The notes beneath the pieces are model-generated. The model was not told the origin of the DNA. It ran no database searches and saw only the letters and a list, made by a program, of their open reading frames with translations. A DNA stretch of 64,000 nt from Lama guanicoe (lineage: Eukaryota), in NCBI GenBank assembly GCA_013239625.1, contig MU056050.1:5093366-5157365 (forward strand), written 5' to 3'. Positions 1-11,580 of the stretch are shown one piece after another. Each line of letters opens with the position of its first letter. Position 1 is the first letter of the stretch. Both the position numbers and the translations under genes were made by a program.

Positions 1-352
1 CACAACCCCTGTGAAGTGATAAATCAGCGGGCCTCCCAGGAAGCAACCCACAATGATGCTGGAGTTGGATGGCCACCTTGGACTCTCTTTTTCCTACTGA
101 AAGAATCACAAGTCCAAGTGGGACCTCTCAGTATTTCACTGTGCCTGCTTAGAGGTGATGTGGCTGGAGTGTGGCCGTTCCTTTTACTCTTCTATTGCAT
201 TTCTTGGTCTCTGTTGTCTGGATAAGGGGCTTCAGCCTCACCTCTTGGTTCTGGGATTTTGACAATGGTGTTTTGTCTATGGATAGCTGCTAGCTGGCCT
301 TCTCATGAGAAGAACTGTAGACAGAAACACCCTATGTCACCATCTTGATCCA
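1..352 (-). mobile_element. Old L1 5'-region fragment
   Basis: The minus strand starts tctggatcaagatggtgacatagg, resembling the AAGATGGCG motif at L1 5' ends. The window edge truncates it. Confidence 0.5.
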
Positions 353-687
353 GATAGATATTTTTTACCACGAATTGACTGAACTGTGGCCTACTATAGT
401 CTGAATTAAAACAAAAGAAAAGGTAGAAAATATTTAATCAATCAAAGTTCTTAGGCAGGAATTTTATTTTGATTACAATAATCAATCTTCAGCAATTAAT
501 TACCTGAAAGAAATGGAAGCAGGTTCCACATAAAAAAGCAGTAAGTAAACATGATATTTGTGTAATGTCCAACTTGCTGCATTAAAATCTTAAAGTCTAT
601 TTGATGGAATGTTTTCCCAACATGCAAATATATCCATCAAACAGTATTGAACCTCTGTGAATGAACTGACTCTTCTTTCCAGATAGG

Positions 688-935
688 GAGGCAGATGTAA
701 AAGTCAAAATCAAGAACTCTGAAGACAGTCTGCCATGGTTTAAAACTGGTTATGCCACTTACTATGGGTGTGATTTCAAGAAAGTTACTCTACTTCTCCT
801 TGCCTCACTTTCCTCGACTCTAAGTAAAGGTGACAAAAGTAGTATCTACCTCAAAGGATTACTGAGATAATTACATTAGTTTATATATACACATACTTAT
901 GAAAGTATTTGAAATATAATGAGAATTAGCATTAC
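688..935 (+). mobile_element. MIR SINE (degenerate)
   Basis: MIR core-like motifs gccacttacta...aagttactctacttctccttgcctcactttcctc...gtatctacctcaaaggatt. Confidence 0.75.
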
Positions 936-1196
936 CTCTTATTCTTATTTAAGCATATGAAGTTTTGTTTTGTTTTGTTTTGTTTTTTTAATAAGAGATA
1001 CTAAACATTTGTTTTCTAGATCCATGGGAAATTGAAAAGAAATAAGAAATGTCAAAATAAAGTAGAAAGGACTGTGTTTTCAATTGGTACATAAGGAAGA
1101 ATTACTTTCCATTAATGTAACAAAGCTTTTAAGAAGAGGGGGGCCTCTCTTATTGATGAAGATAACACATTGCCACCCACTGTGAATGCTTTAGAT

Positions 1197-1512
1197 CTGT
1201 GCTATCCAATACAGTAGTTACTAACCACATGTGGCTATTGAACAGTTGAAATGTAGCTAGTTAAAACTGAGATATGCTGTAAGGGTAAAATGCAGACTGG
1301 ATTTTGAAGGCTTTTAATATAAGAGTAAAAGGAAGTTAAAGTAGCTTATTAATATTTTATGTAGTTTAGGTGATGATAATATTTAGACATATTGGGTTAA
1401 ACAAAATATATTCATAAGATGAATCACAATTGTTTCCTTTTTACTTTTGTACTGTGGCTACTAGAAAATTTGAAATTACATGTGGGCTTGCATTGTATTT
1501 CTGCTAGACAGC
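1197..1512 (-). mobile_element. MER33-like hAT-Charlie non-autonomous DNA transposon
   Basis: Termini ctgtgctatccaatacagtag and tatttctgctagacagc, with internal ccacatgtggcta and gtggctactagaaaattt motifs typical of MER3/MER33. Confidence 0.8.
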
Positions 1513-1682
1513 AGTGGTTTTCAACCCCTGCTACTACAAGAATGGTCTGTGAACCAGCAACGTCACCTAGGAGATTGTTAGAAATTTAGAATCTCAGGTT
1601 TTGTCCCAGACACTAAATCATTTCCTGATATTTAACAAGATCTCCAGGCAATTCCTAAGCACATTACAGTTTGAGAAGTGCC
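1511..1682. mobile_element. MER5A-like hAT-Charlie MITE
   Basis: cagtggttttcaa...tgttagaaatttagaatctcagg...tttaacaagatctccagg...agtttgagaagtgc. It abuts the MER33-like element. Confidence 0.75.
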
Positions 1683-2967
1683 ACATTCATTGGCCTAATG
1701 ACTCATATCAGGTATAATGACATTTTCAGTTTTAGTCCTATAAAACTACATGATGATTTAATGACCAATGTTTATATTTGAAGGATGATCTAACTAGAAA
1801 CCAAGTGTCCTGAATGTTGGTTTTTTAATGTTTTCTCTTTGGTGCTAATTTGTCATTTTTCTATAATTGAGGGCAGAAATTGTTTGGGTGTTCAGTAGCA
1901 ATTTGCCACATGTTTACTTAAGAGGGCATTTTTAGTGAGCTAAGGGGGCTGGAGTGGGTAGGGAAGGGGACTCTTTCAATAAATCTGGTTCTCTAGCACT
2001 AAACCAAGAGAATAAATTATTACAATCATATATTGTTATGAAAGTGACTAAGACCATTCGAGTTCCTGTAGACAGCCAATTACACTTAAATAATCCAATA
2101 TCTAAAAGGAAAGTCAAACATCTGATTACAAATTCCTCCATAGTAAGAGCGCCAACAGCCTATGTTGATTTGAAATAATCAAGAAAAAGATGTTTAGTGA
2201 GATAAGAATTTTACTTCATAATTGAAAGTTCAAGGAATATAGTCAGAAGAATCAGGGAAATTCAACAATATAAATGCAGAATGGAGAATGAAAGCCTGGA
2301 TGTACATCTAGCATCAACATTTTGGAAAGAAAGTTATGTGGGAAGTTTTTTTTATTAAAATGAGTGTTAAATTAGGAAAAGTGAAGGCTGAAAGGAACAC
2401 GGAAGAATATTTTTTGTAAGTTATATATTTGACAATCTTAGGAATATACTACCCAATTAAATCTGCCTGAGAAGAGAGCAAGCTTGGCTGGAGATACGAG
2501 GTATTTCAGCAAAGTACTGGAGGCAATTAATAGTGTCAAATTTAGCAAAGAGAACAGATATTGATAAAAAAAATATTTCTGTAATGCCATCCAAACTCTA
2601 TGATGTAATTAGAGGCTGCCAACTTCCATTTGGTCTGGCATAATATCTTGGTTCTCTAAACTAAACTTTATTATAGAATTAATTTTTGATAAAAATAGCC
2701 ATTAAGGCCATGAATATTGTATGATTAATGTACCATATGATTGTATGAACTGTATCATTGCCAGAGTAAATGTATCATGTAATTGCATGAATAAATGTAA
2801 AATTATACTATTAAATATGAGTGTCCATTGTAACTGATCTTTATGTGGATAAAAATGAGTCAGCACAGGCCACTTCTCTTCATTTGGGGTCATCCCATGC
2901 TGCAAATCAGTGCTGCCTGCTCATATTTCTAGCTAATTCAGTTCCTTCATTTACCTGATCCCATGGC

Positions 2968-3134
2968 TAGGATACCAGATTTAGCAAATAAAAAATATAG
3001 GACACCCAGTGAGATTTGAATTTCAGATAAACAGTGAATAACATTTTAGCATTAGTATGTTGTATGCAGTCTCATTTGTTGTTTATCTGAAATTGAAATT
3101 TCACTGGGTATCTTGTATTCTATCTAGCAATTTT
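2968..3134. mobile_element. MER53-like palindromic hAT MITE
   Basis: Inverted arms cccagtgagatttgaatttcagataaaca and tgtttatctgaaattgaaatttcactggg, with terminus taggataccagatttagcaaataaaaa. Confidence 0.85.
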
Positions 3135-4518
3135 ACTACTCTTCTTTTGTTTTCAGGATATTATTACATACCTGCCCTCTCCAAATCATCCTTTCCTCCA
3201 TTTTTCTCATCATAGGCAAAATGTGAAACAGCAGATTTACCTATTGGTTAACAATGAAAACTTTTGTGAAATAGGCACATGAAATAAAGATGCTAACAGA
3301 GGCTTGTCTTCACTAACAACGTGGAAATCCATACCTGCACTTTTCTTTTCAAAATATGGCATTTTGCTTAGAGGTGGTGAGAGTGGAGCACACAAATCCT
3401 CGACAAACTAGAGATCTACCTTTTAAATCAAGGGCCAGGGTCATTTTATTAACTTAATCTCAGCCTCTCTTTTTTTCTTCCTTTTTTTAACTTGTATTTT
3501 TAGTCTCTCTCTCTGTGACATAATATTATCGTAAGAATTTTACCACTAGGTCTTGAGCATTAGGGGTTTTTTTCCCTTGTTTCTTTTGTAACCAAACTTT
3601 TAAAAAATTATTTAATTTTCTTTCTTCTTGTGCCTTTATCAAATCATTCTTACTAGTGCCTGTGCGTGCACACATGTACACGTACACACACACACTCTCA
3701 GCGTCTCTCTCACCCAGTCACTTTATTTTTTGCTCTCTAAAGAGGACTATTGTCAGGGGAGAGTTCTTTCATAGTTTCCCTTTGACTAAAGCAGGACTAT
3801 TTTTTGTTGCAAAATAAAAGAATAGATTTTAGAATGTTTTCTTTGCCATGGACTGACATGTTAAAGGTTTCAGTTATCTATCAGGGGGCATGTTAAAAAT
3901 AAGGGGTTGGTGGAGATGCTATCGTTTTGCTTCTTACATTGAATTTGTTCTATCAAAGGACCCTGTGGTTTTTAAGAATCCTTGTCATTTCTTTTGTCTC
4001 TTCCTATTTCTCACACCGCTGTGCTTTTTCTGCCAGAGCCCTTTAATGTCCTTAGCAATAACCAATTTGAGACTGGCAAGCAAGGAAACTGACATACCAA
4101 AAAAAAAAAAAATCAATAGCATTTTTTAAAAAATTAAGTGGAGTTCTTACTATCTGTCATTAAAATGTGTTCTTTATGCTCTGGCTCTAGAGATTTCTTT
4201 ACGAAAGGATCATAATAATTGAAGTGATACACAAATGTGTTCAGAGTTGAAAATTACTATGGGGGAGAGGTATCAAAATAAAAATTATACCCAAACTATG
4301 TGTATCAAGATGTCTGAGGCAAATTCTTTATTACAAAATCCAAAATTCTTCAAGCGTGTTAGAGATTTTGTTCATATTCATCATTAGCCTCGAAATACTG
4401 TATACTACCCAATCATTATCCCAGGCGTGCCCCGCCCTATTACCAGTTGAAGGCTTTAGTAGATCTCTCCATCTTGGAGCTCAGACATCATCCTGTATGA
4501 CTTCAGTAGTCACGTGTT

Positions 4519-5201
4519 TGTCATGGTTCAGACCACGCCTTCCCAAGATGTACTGTACTGCTTTAGCATGGGAATCATTTTGAGCTAAAGGCAGTCAAAA
4601 CCCTGCAGACTCAAGAGAAACAACTGCCCTCCCTGATCTACCTTGAATAATTCATGTATAGATGTGTTTTTTTTTATTGAAGTATAGTCAGTTTACAATG
4701 TTGTGTCAGTTTCTGGTGTACGGCACAATGCTTCAGTCGTACATGAACATACATATATTTGTTTTCATATTCTTTTTCACTATAAGTTACTATAAGATAT
4801 TGAATATAGTTCCTCATGCTATACACTATGAGCTTATTTATTTTGTATATATATAGTATAATTTAAATAGGGGATTTTTCCCCGAAAAAGAGTTATTACC
4901 AGAGATAAATTTTATCTAAATGGCCCCATCTGTATGGCATAGCAAACAACTAAGTACCCAACATCTGACCTTCTTTTTGTTGTCCTGAGAATGATCCTCC
5001 TGTGGCCCCAAGGCCCTTGCCTCAGAATGGCATATATTCCTCATTTTACCTTTCTGCCTCTGACCCTCTCACATATATAGGGTTCTTGTATTACGAAATT
5101 AAATTTGTTTTTCTCCTGTTAATCTGTGTCACGTCAGTTTAATTCTTAGACCAGCCAGAAGAACCTTGTAGGGTAGAGAAAAGTTTTCATTTACCTTGAC
5201 A
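4519..5201 (+). mobile_element. ERV1-class solo LTR (MER34/MER39-like), interrupted by an L1 3'-end insertion
   Basis: TG...CA termini and an exact 4-bp TSD tgtt (4515-4518 and 5202-5205). The 3' motif ttttctcctgttaatctgt...ttaattcttagaccagcc is typical of the MER34 group. Confidence 0.8.
4663..4856 (-). mobile_element. 5'-truncated L1 3' end nested in the LTR
   Basis: Poly(T) then attgaagtatagtcagtttacaatgttgtgtc, the same 3' end as the L1 at 52032-54979. Confidence 0.85.
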
Positions 5202-8200
5202 TGTTTGTCCCTTTGGGTTCCTTGATGGCCTTATTCAGTGATTTTCTTTTTGTAATCCAGTTTTATCCAGTAAACACAACAGAATGCAAATGACAGATGT
5301 TTCATAGCTATTTCCATCTGTCAGTGTCAAAATTGTAAGTTCTATCAGCCATCCATTTTTTTCTTGTACCGTTATTTCTATAAATCTTTGTACTTCCTTG
5401 CTCTTCACCAAAAGCCTCTTTGTACATTCTTCCAACGTGTCATTTAATATTTTTGGTGTATAATGAGCAACTGCAGGCAAAATGTGAGTTGAAAGTCCCT
5501 TATAAGAGGCAGCATACATTCATTCATATGGCGCAGCAAGTTCATTTCTTGACTTTGAAAGGACTTACGCTAGTTTTACTCATCTGCACTGGTTTCAAGT
5601 AAGTTTGGAAAAATAGATTATGACAAGATAATTCTATTATGTCAATGTCAGGTATTTGTTTTATTTATTCATTGTACTGATGCATCTAGTCCAAGACCTT
5701 ATAGAAGTTAAGACATTCTGTTAGTTGCTGACTTTGTCAACCTTTCATAAAATAGCCATTTATGGAATCAGAGTCACAGCCTTCTAAGAGCTATTGCCTA
5801 AAAGAAAACGGCTGACTGAGAAAGCACTAATCCAGACATTTTCAAAAAACAGCTTGGCATCTCCTTGCTAATACCCTGTGGTCTTGGGAAGTAATCACTT
5901 AGATTAAAATTAATTCCTCAGTGCCTACTTCTGCAGTCAAGCACAAACCAAAGATTGTTGTGGTAATTTTGACTGGACGGCTCAAATGAAAATCAGTTTA
6001 AGGAAATAAAGTTTGTGAAACAAGTTGTTTGGTTTTGTTGATATAATCGCATCATCTTGTCTGTTGACTCTTCAAGCAGTCGTTGGCATATTAATAGGAC
6101 ACAGGCTCAGTCATTAAGTTCCACAACTGTTGGAATTGTGACACCTCATGTGCTTGATTTTATGACGCTTCTTCCAAAAAGTGCAGTATATCGCACAGTT
6201 CACTATCAAGGTTGTATCTGTTCCGTGAGTCAGGGCAGGTATTCATAAACTCTTTAGAGAGCTAAGAACGATGTATTTACTTAAAACAATATCTTTTCTA
6301 AATTATTTTTCTTTGTAGAGTTGATTTTGGTAAATTTTCAGACAATCTGTAAGATATCTGAAAAGACTTTTATTGTCACGTATATTGGAACAAGAAATAC
6401 AGTCTAAAAACGTGGTTCACAGTTGCTGAATCAGAAACCTTTCTTACATTTTAATCTATTTTTTCACGTACATAAATCACACAATTGGGTATTATATTTC
6501 CCAAGTTTTAGGCTAGGAGTGCTTACTACCATAATTGGTACATAGAAGGAAAATATTAAGGTAAATAATGATAATAATACACTAATTCATTCATTTACCA
6601 AGTACCTGCTGCATATTAGACAAAAATAGATAAGGTTCCCGCCCTCATGAAACTTAGAAAAGAAAGAGATGGAATGTGATTATTTAAATTCAACTGTGAT
6701 AAGAGCACGATTATTACATTGTGGTTCAAAACTTTGAAGCAATAATGATTATAATAAAAATGCTAATGATATAGAGGTGGAAGTATTACAGGATGTACAT
6801 GCTTTCTGGCTTTGAAGTCTAAAAAGATGTTGAGATGGGCAGTTTCCTGTGTTTGGGGCTGCATTTCGAAGCAAGCTTGCTTTACACTTGGAATAGGACT
6901 GTTGGAGAATCCAGCATTGAACATGGGAGGATGGGGGAAGTAGGGAAGCTTTTTTGTTTTTAAACCTGTGTGCTCATTTCTACCCATTTCTAGCAAAAAT
7001 TCAGGATAAGTAACAATTAACTGCTAAATACCTATAGAACATAAATACAGTATTAACATATATGTACAAATAAAAACTGATTCATATATTATGTTGGAGA
7101 TAGTAATAACAGAAACCATGGCATTACTGGCAGGAAGTGAATAAAATATGTTTACATACCTGCATGAACAAAGGGGTTCCTTTTATAAATCACATAAAGC
7201 TACATATGTTTTGTTGACAGAAATTGACTGTGGTTTAATAAGTTGATTGCAGTGAGTTTTCTCATATTCCTAGGTACAAAAGTCAGTGTAACAACCAGTG
7301 TTATATCCTTGAAATGTTTTCTTGATTGAATCATTGCAAGCTCACCAACTACTGTGACGCTCTGTTTCTCCTTATTCCTTTCCCTTCCATCACTCATAAG
7401 CTATTGTGGAATCACCAGTTAATTAGTGTCTGGATCTTGGTCTCCTTATTCCCAAGATTTAGCAGTTTCTACCATTTCTGCCATAAAGGGCAGTTTGACA
7501 ATACTCTAAAGATGTGACTTTTTTTTATATACCCAATGCTAGTAGACGTGTCTTATTGTAGAGAAAATGACATTTCTGGAAAATGGAGCTGGGATTTGTT
7601 TCCTTACTATATAAAATGCTAAAAGTATTCTGAGTCTGTTGCATTTAATTCCATCACAAATGGAATTAATTGATGAATATATTTTTGTTCCAGTACAAAT
7701 TGATATTTTTAAAAATATATTCTATTTCAGATGTTCACAGGGAGCTAATACATTGTTTAAAGGATTGTATTGAATAATTCTCTTGAGTAGATTCTACTTT
7801 GAGATCCCAGAGAAAGATATGTTCCCTTCAGCCTTCTTTTTGCAAAGTTTTCTATCTGGAGTACTTTCCTCAAATTCTGTCTCATGGTCTCTTACCCAGT
7901 CAGTGTTCCAGGATCAGTTCAGGTGGAAGTTTTCTATCCTGACTTACTTCTCCTCAACCCACCAACAACGCATGAATATGAATTTATAACCAGGTAGCAC
8001 TTTTTACACTGTATTTTCTTTCTCAAAATTAATTTCATACTATCATTAACACCTGAGCCATTCATTGCCGTTCAATTTCTATACAGTACAGCTTAGATAT
8101 CTCTTTATACATAGTGTACTTGAGATGTCACCTTACCTACAAAAAGCTTGTTAATAGCTTATTAGTGTATTTTTCCAAAGAAAAGACAGTGATCCCTAAT

Positions 8201-8589
8201 ATGCACTCTTACGTGAAACTATTTAAATAAACTCTTTAAAAATTACTATATATTCTTGATTCTGTGTTGAGGGATGATAGGTCAGAGAAAATGGATGAAC
8301 AATATAAAAGATGTTTCGGCATGGGTATGGCTAGGTTATAAAGAAGGTGGTATCAGGAAGAAATTGATAAACTGAAAGAGAAATGAGAGACGTGGCAGGG
8401 TGAATCATAAGGTTCAATTCTTTTTAAAGCCATGTTGAAACGCAGATAGTGGTTATCAAAGCTATTCTGCAACATTTTCTCCAAAATTATATCACAGTGG
8501 ATCTCACTTTGCAGGTGATTTTTGATACAGCCCATTAGTTGAAAACCAGCATTCTAGGCAACTTGTTAGACAGAAAAAAATAACAAGAA

Positions 8590-9015
8590 GCATAGCTATA
8601 ATTCATCTTAATATTAGAAATAATGGTAAACTATCACTGGTGGCTGACATTATGATTGTATGCCTATAAACTCTAAAAGAATCTGCTGAAAATTGATTAG
8701 GAATAAAAAGAGGTCAGTAAAGTATCCAGAAAGAAAACCAATATAGATAAAAATATTAATTCTTTTACAAATCAGCAATAACTACTGAGAAAACACAAAT
8801 CCAATTCAAAATAGTAACAGGAATGTCAGCAAAATGGTGGAATACGAGTTTTCTGTCTTCCTCCCAAGGAACACTGATCTTAACAATTACCCATGGATAA
8901 GCAAGCTTCTGTAGACAAAATATATGTTTCCCAGGAGTAAATTTAAAAAGAAATGTGTAAAACCTTTAAAACAACAAGAGCAACAACGAAACTTTATTTG
9001 GGATGTGAAAGAGAA
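8590..9015 (+). mobile_element. Old L1 ORF2 fragment
   Basis: gctgacattatgattgtatgcctataaactctaaaagaatc resembles the degenerate 'ADDMIVY.ENPK' reverse-transcriptase segment. Confidence 0.65.
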
Positions 9016-9029
9016 ATGAGTGAAGAGCT

Positions 9030-9384
9030 TATTGTAGACTAAATATTTGTGTCCTCCCTCCCAAAATCCCTATATTGAAATCTAATGCCCAGTGTAATAC
9101 TATCTGGAGGTGAAGCCTTTGGGAAATAATTGGGTCTAAAGGCAGAATCCTCATAAATGAGATTACTGCCCTTATAAAAAGGCCAGAGAGCTAGCTTGCT
9201 CCCTTCTACCACGTTAGGACACAGCAAGAAGACAGCCTTCTGCAACCCACAAGAGGACCCTCACCAGAATATGACCATACTAGCACCCTGATCTTGGACT
9301 TCCAGCTTCCAGAACTATTAGAAATAAATAACTGTTGTTTCTAAGCCACCTAGATACTTTGCTATAGCATCCTGAAATAAGACA
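9030..9384 (+). mobile_element. MaLR solo LTR (MLT1A-like)
   Basis: About 355 bp with gcccttataaaa, ctgatcttggacttccagcttccagaactattagaaataaa and the end aataagaca. Degenerate 5-bp TSD gagct/gagtc. Confidence 0.85.
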
Positions 9385-9519
9385 GAGTCATATAAGATTT
9401 TGTGAGGTGTTGGGTAAAAAAATTATGAGCAAGCATAAACAAGGTTCTTGCTCTCATGAAATTTCAGTCTACTGGGATAAGCATCTATTAAGGAAAAAAA
9501 ATCGCACACAAAAATACAG

Positions 9520-10260
9520 GTTCCGGTTTCTGATAAGATAGAGTACGCATATACCACAATGCTGTCCCACCTCATGTAGCTATAGATCCTAGAAACAATT
9601 AAATTCCCCAGGTGTTTGAAGACACCAAAAAGTAAATAATAGCGGGCAGAATGGTGACAAAATGAAAAGTCCCACTTGAACTGGCAATAGATTCACTATT
9701 TTTTCTTTAATATTCTGTTTAGTGGCATACAAAACAATGAAGTGAGCCATAGAGAACAATCAGAGAGAGATTTAGGAGAAGCTCTCCAGTTCTGGTTCAA
9801 GATAGGGAACTTCAAATACTCAACGAGAGTACAGAAATCCACTATTATTTTTCTTTTTTCTCTCCTCTCTTTGCACCCCAGTAGCCAAGAAATTTGTGTG
9901 CCTGACATAGTAGTGTAACCAAAGCCACAGTATTCTAGCCAGGAGACTTAAAGGCAACCCCTAAGTGACTAGAAAATGTCATAATTGTTCATTAGTTCCT
10001 CGGCTCATTCTATAGTATGCAACGATAAATCTGACACTATTCAACATGCGACACACCAAAAACATTGAGAACTGAACTAACAGATTACACCCAGGTCCCA
10101 GACTGAGCCTTGGGTGGAACACACACACAAGATGGGTCCAAATGGTACCGTAAAGGCTTTGAAAGCTGAACTGACATTAGAATCGATGAAACAGAAGACA
10201 CATTGGAAAGCTCTCTGAAATTAATGAGGATGCTACCTGATAAAACAAAAGTCTCAGCAT
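9520..10260 (+). mobile_element. Old L1 5'-region fragment
   Basis: Starts ttccggtttctgataagatggagta. aaaggctttgaaagctgaactgacatt resembles old L1M 5' regions. Confidence 0.5.
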
Positions 10261-10819
10261 CTTAGATCTACCAATTGTCAAATTCCATCTCACCCCCTCA
10301 GTCTCTATCTGCCCCCCTCTCAATCTGTATCTCAATTTCTGTCTCTTTCTGTGTGTGTTTAGGTGTGGAATTACCTACATCTGTGTTTGAACTGCTTGAA
10401 ATTGAGTTATATATCATCCCTGAACTCTTCACCATGAAAATTACTAGATAAGTCATTTTGTTGCTGTTGTTTGTGACAATGTTGACTCTTTGGAATGCTC
10501 TTGTATAAAATCCCACCATTTCAGATATGTCAGACTACTTCCTCATGAGTACTCAAGTAGATAATTTTGGAAAATCTATTTACATAGGTCATGCTATATG
10601 TCTCTTACTGTATTGCATCAGGGACACATGAGATAGTTCTAATTAATGGTAATACCAACTTTCATTACTTACTAAAAGTCCTAACATTTTATTCAAAGTG
10701 TATTTTTTTTGCATTCATTGATGAATTCTTCCATAATCATTGCATGGGTATTCGTAGAAATTTTAATTCTATTATTCACTCTATATTTCCTGCCTTTTAT
10801 ATGTATTACCCCTCTCACT

Positions 10820-10910
10820 CTTTATCTCTCTCCTTCCTTCCTCCCTCCCTTACTCTCCCCTTTCTTTCCTTTCTTTTCTTTTCTCTTTCTTTCTTTCTTT
10901 TTTCTTCTTG
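10820..10910. repeat. CT-rich low-complexity (CTTT/CCTT) tract
   Basis: Nearly pure pyrimidine run, directly visible. Confidence 0.9.
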
Positions 10911-11171
10911 AGTGGGTATTCATATGGAATAATGAGTTGTTAATCCATTTTCATACTCCTTTAATGCCATATGGTCATTATTCTTTTTAATGTTTAATTT
11001 CCCCAAATTCGGCCCATGAGAGCTTTTCAAATTGACTCTTACCTCCTTTGACATGACCCAGTTTATTTTTGAGTATTTCTTTGCTTATTTTTTTGCACAA
11101 TATAGCTCAGATTCACATATTTTCCCTGCCCACAACCCGGAATAGGACATTTCTCCAAGACACTCCAGCTT

Positions 11172-11278
11172 TTTTTTGGTGGGGGGTGGGGGGAGAATTA
11201 GGTTTATTTATTTAATTACTTTTTTAATATAGATGCATGCTAAGCAAAAGCTTTACCACTTGAGCTGTACCCTCTGCC
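11172..11278 (-). mobile_element. vic-1-type tRNA-derived SINE (camelid), internally deleted
   Basis: Minus strand gggcagagggtacagctcaagtggtaaagcttttgcttagcatgca...aaataaataaacctaattctcccccacccccc plus A-tail. TSD cactccagctt (11161-11171) and cacttcagctt (11279-11289). Confidence 0.8.
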
Positions 11279-11384
11279 CACTTCAGCTTCTTTTAATGGA
11301 GAATGGTATTTAGAAATTAAGATCTAGTTACTAGGGATGTTGTCTGCTACTGGGATATAAGTACTTCTAGTCCATTCAATTAAT

Positions 11385-11580
11385 TAATTAATTTTTAATT
11401 GAAGTATAGTTGATTTTCATACAATATTATATTATTTTCAGGTGTACAGTATAGTGATTTAGTTTGTACAGGTTACAGCCCATTAAAAGTTATTACAAAA
11501 TAATGGCTATAATTCCTTGAGCTATACAATGTATCCTTGTTACTTACCTATTTTGTACAAAGTAGTTTGTATTTAATTTA
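11385..11580 (-). mobile_element. 5'-truncated L1 3' end
   Basis: ttttaattgaagtatagttgatt...caggtgtacagtatagtgattt...atggctataattccttgagctatacaat. Confidence 0.8.

Noticed and set aside
2085..2159. Resemblance of TMEEFVIRCLTFLLDI to axonemal dynein heavy chain stem segments
   Set aside because: A short, low-information match from memory. Neighbouring segments show no dynein motifs.
6160..6261. Minus-strand 'terminal exon' LSKEFMNTCPDSRNRYNLDSELCDILHFLEEAS*
   Set aside because: It looks protein-like, but I recognise no protein with this C-terminus and found no open, in-phase upstream exon. Kept only within the pseudogene hypothesis.
11225..11278. tRNA gene
   Set aside because: Only a SINE head. 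There is no B-box or T-arm and no complete cloverleaf.
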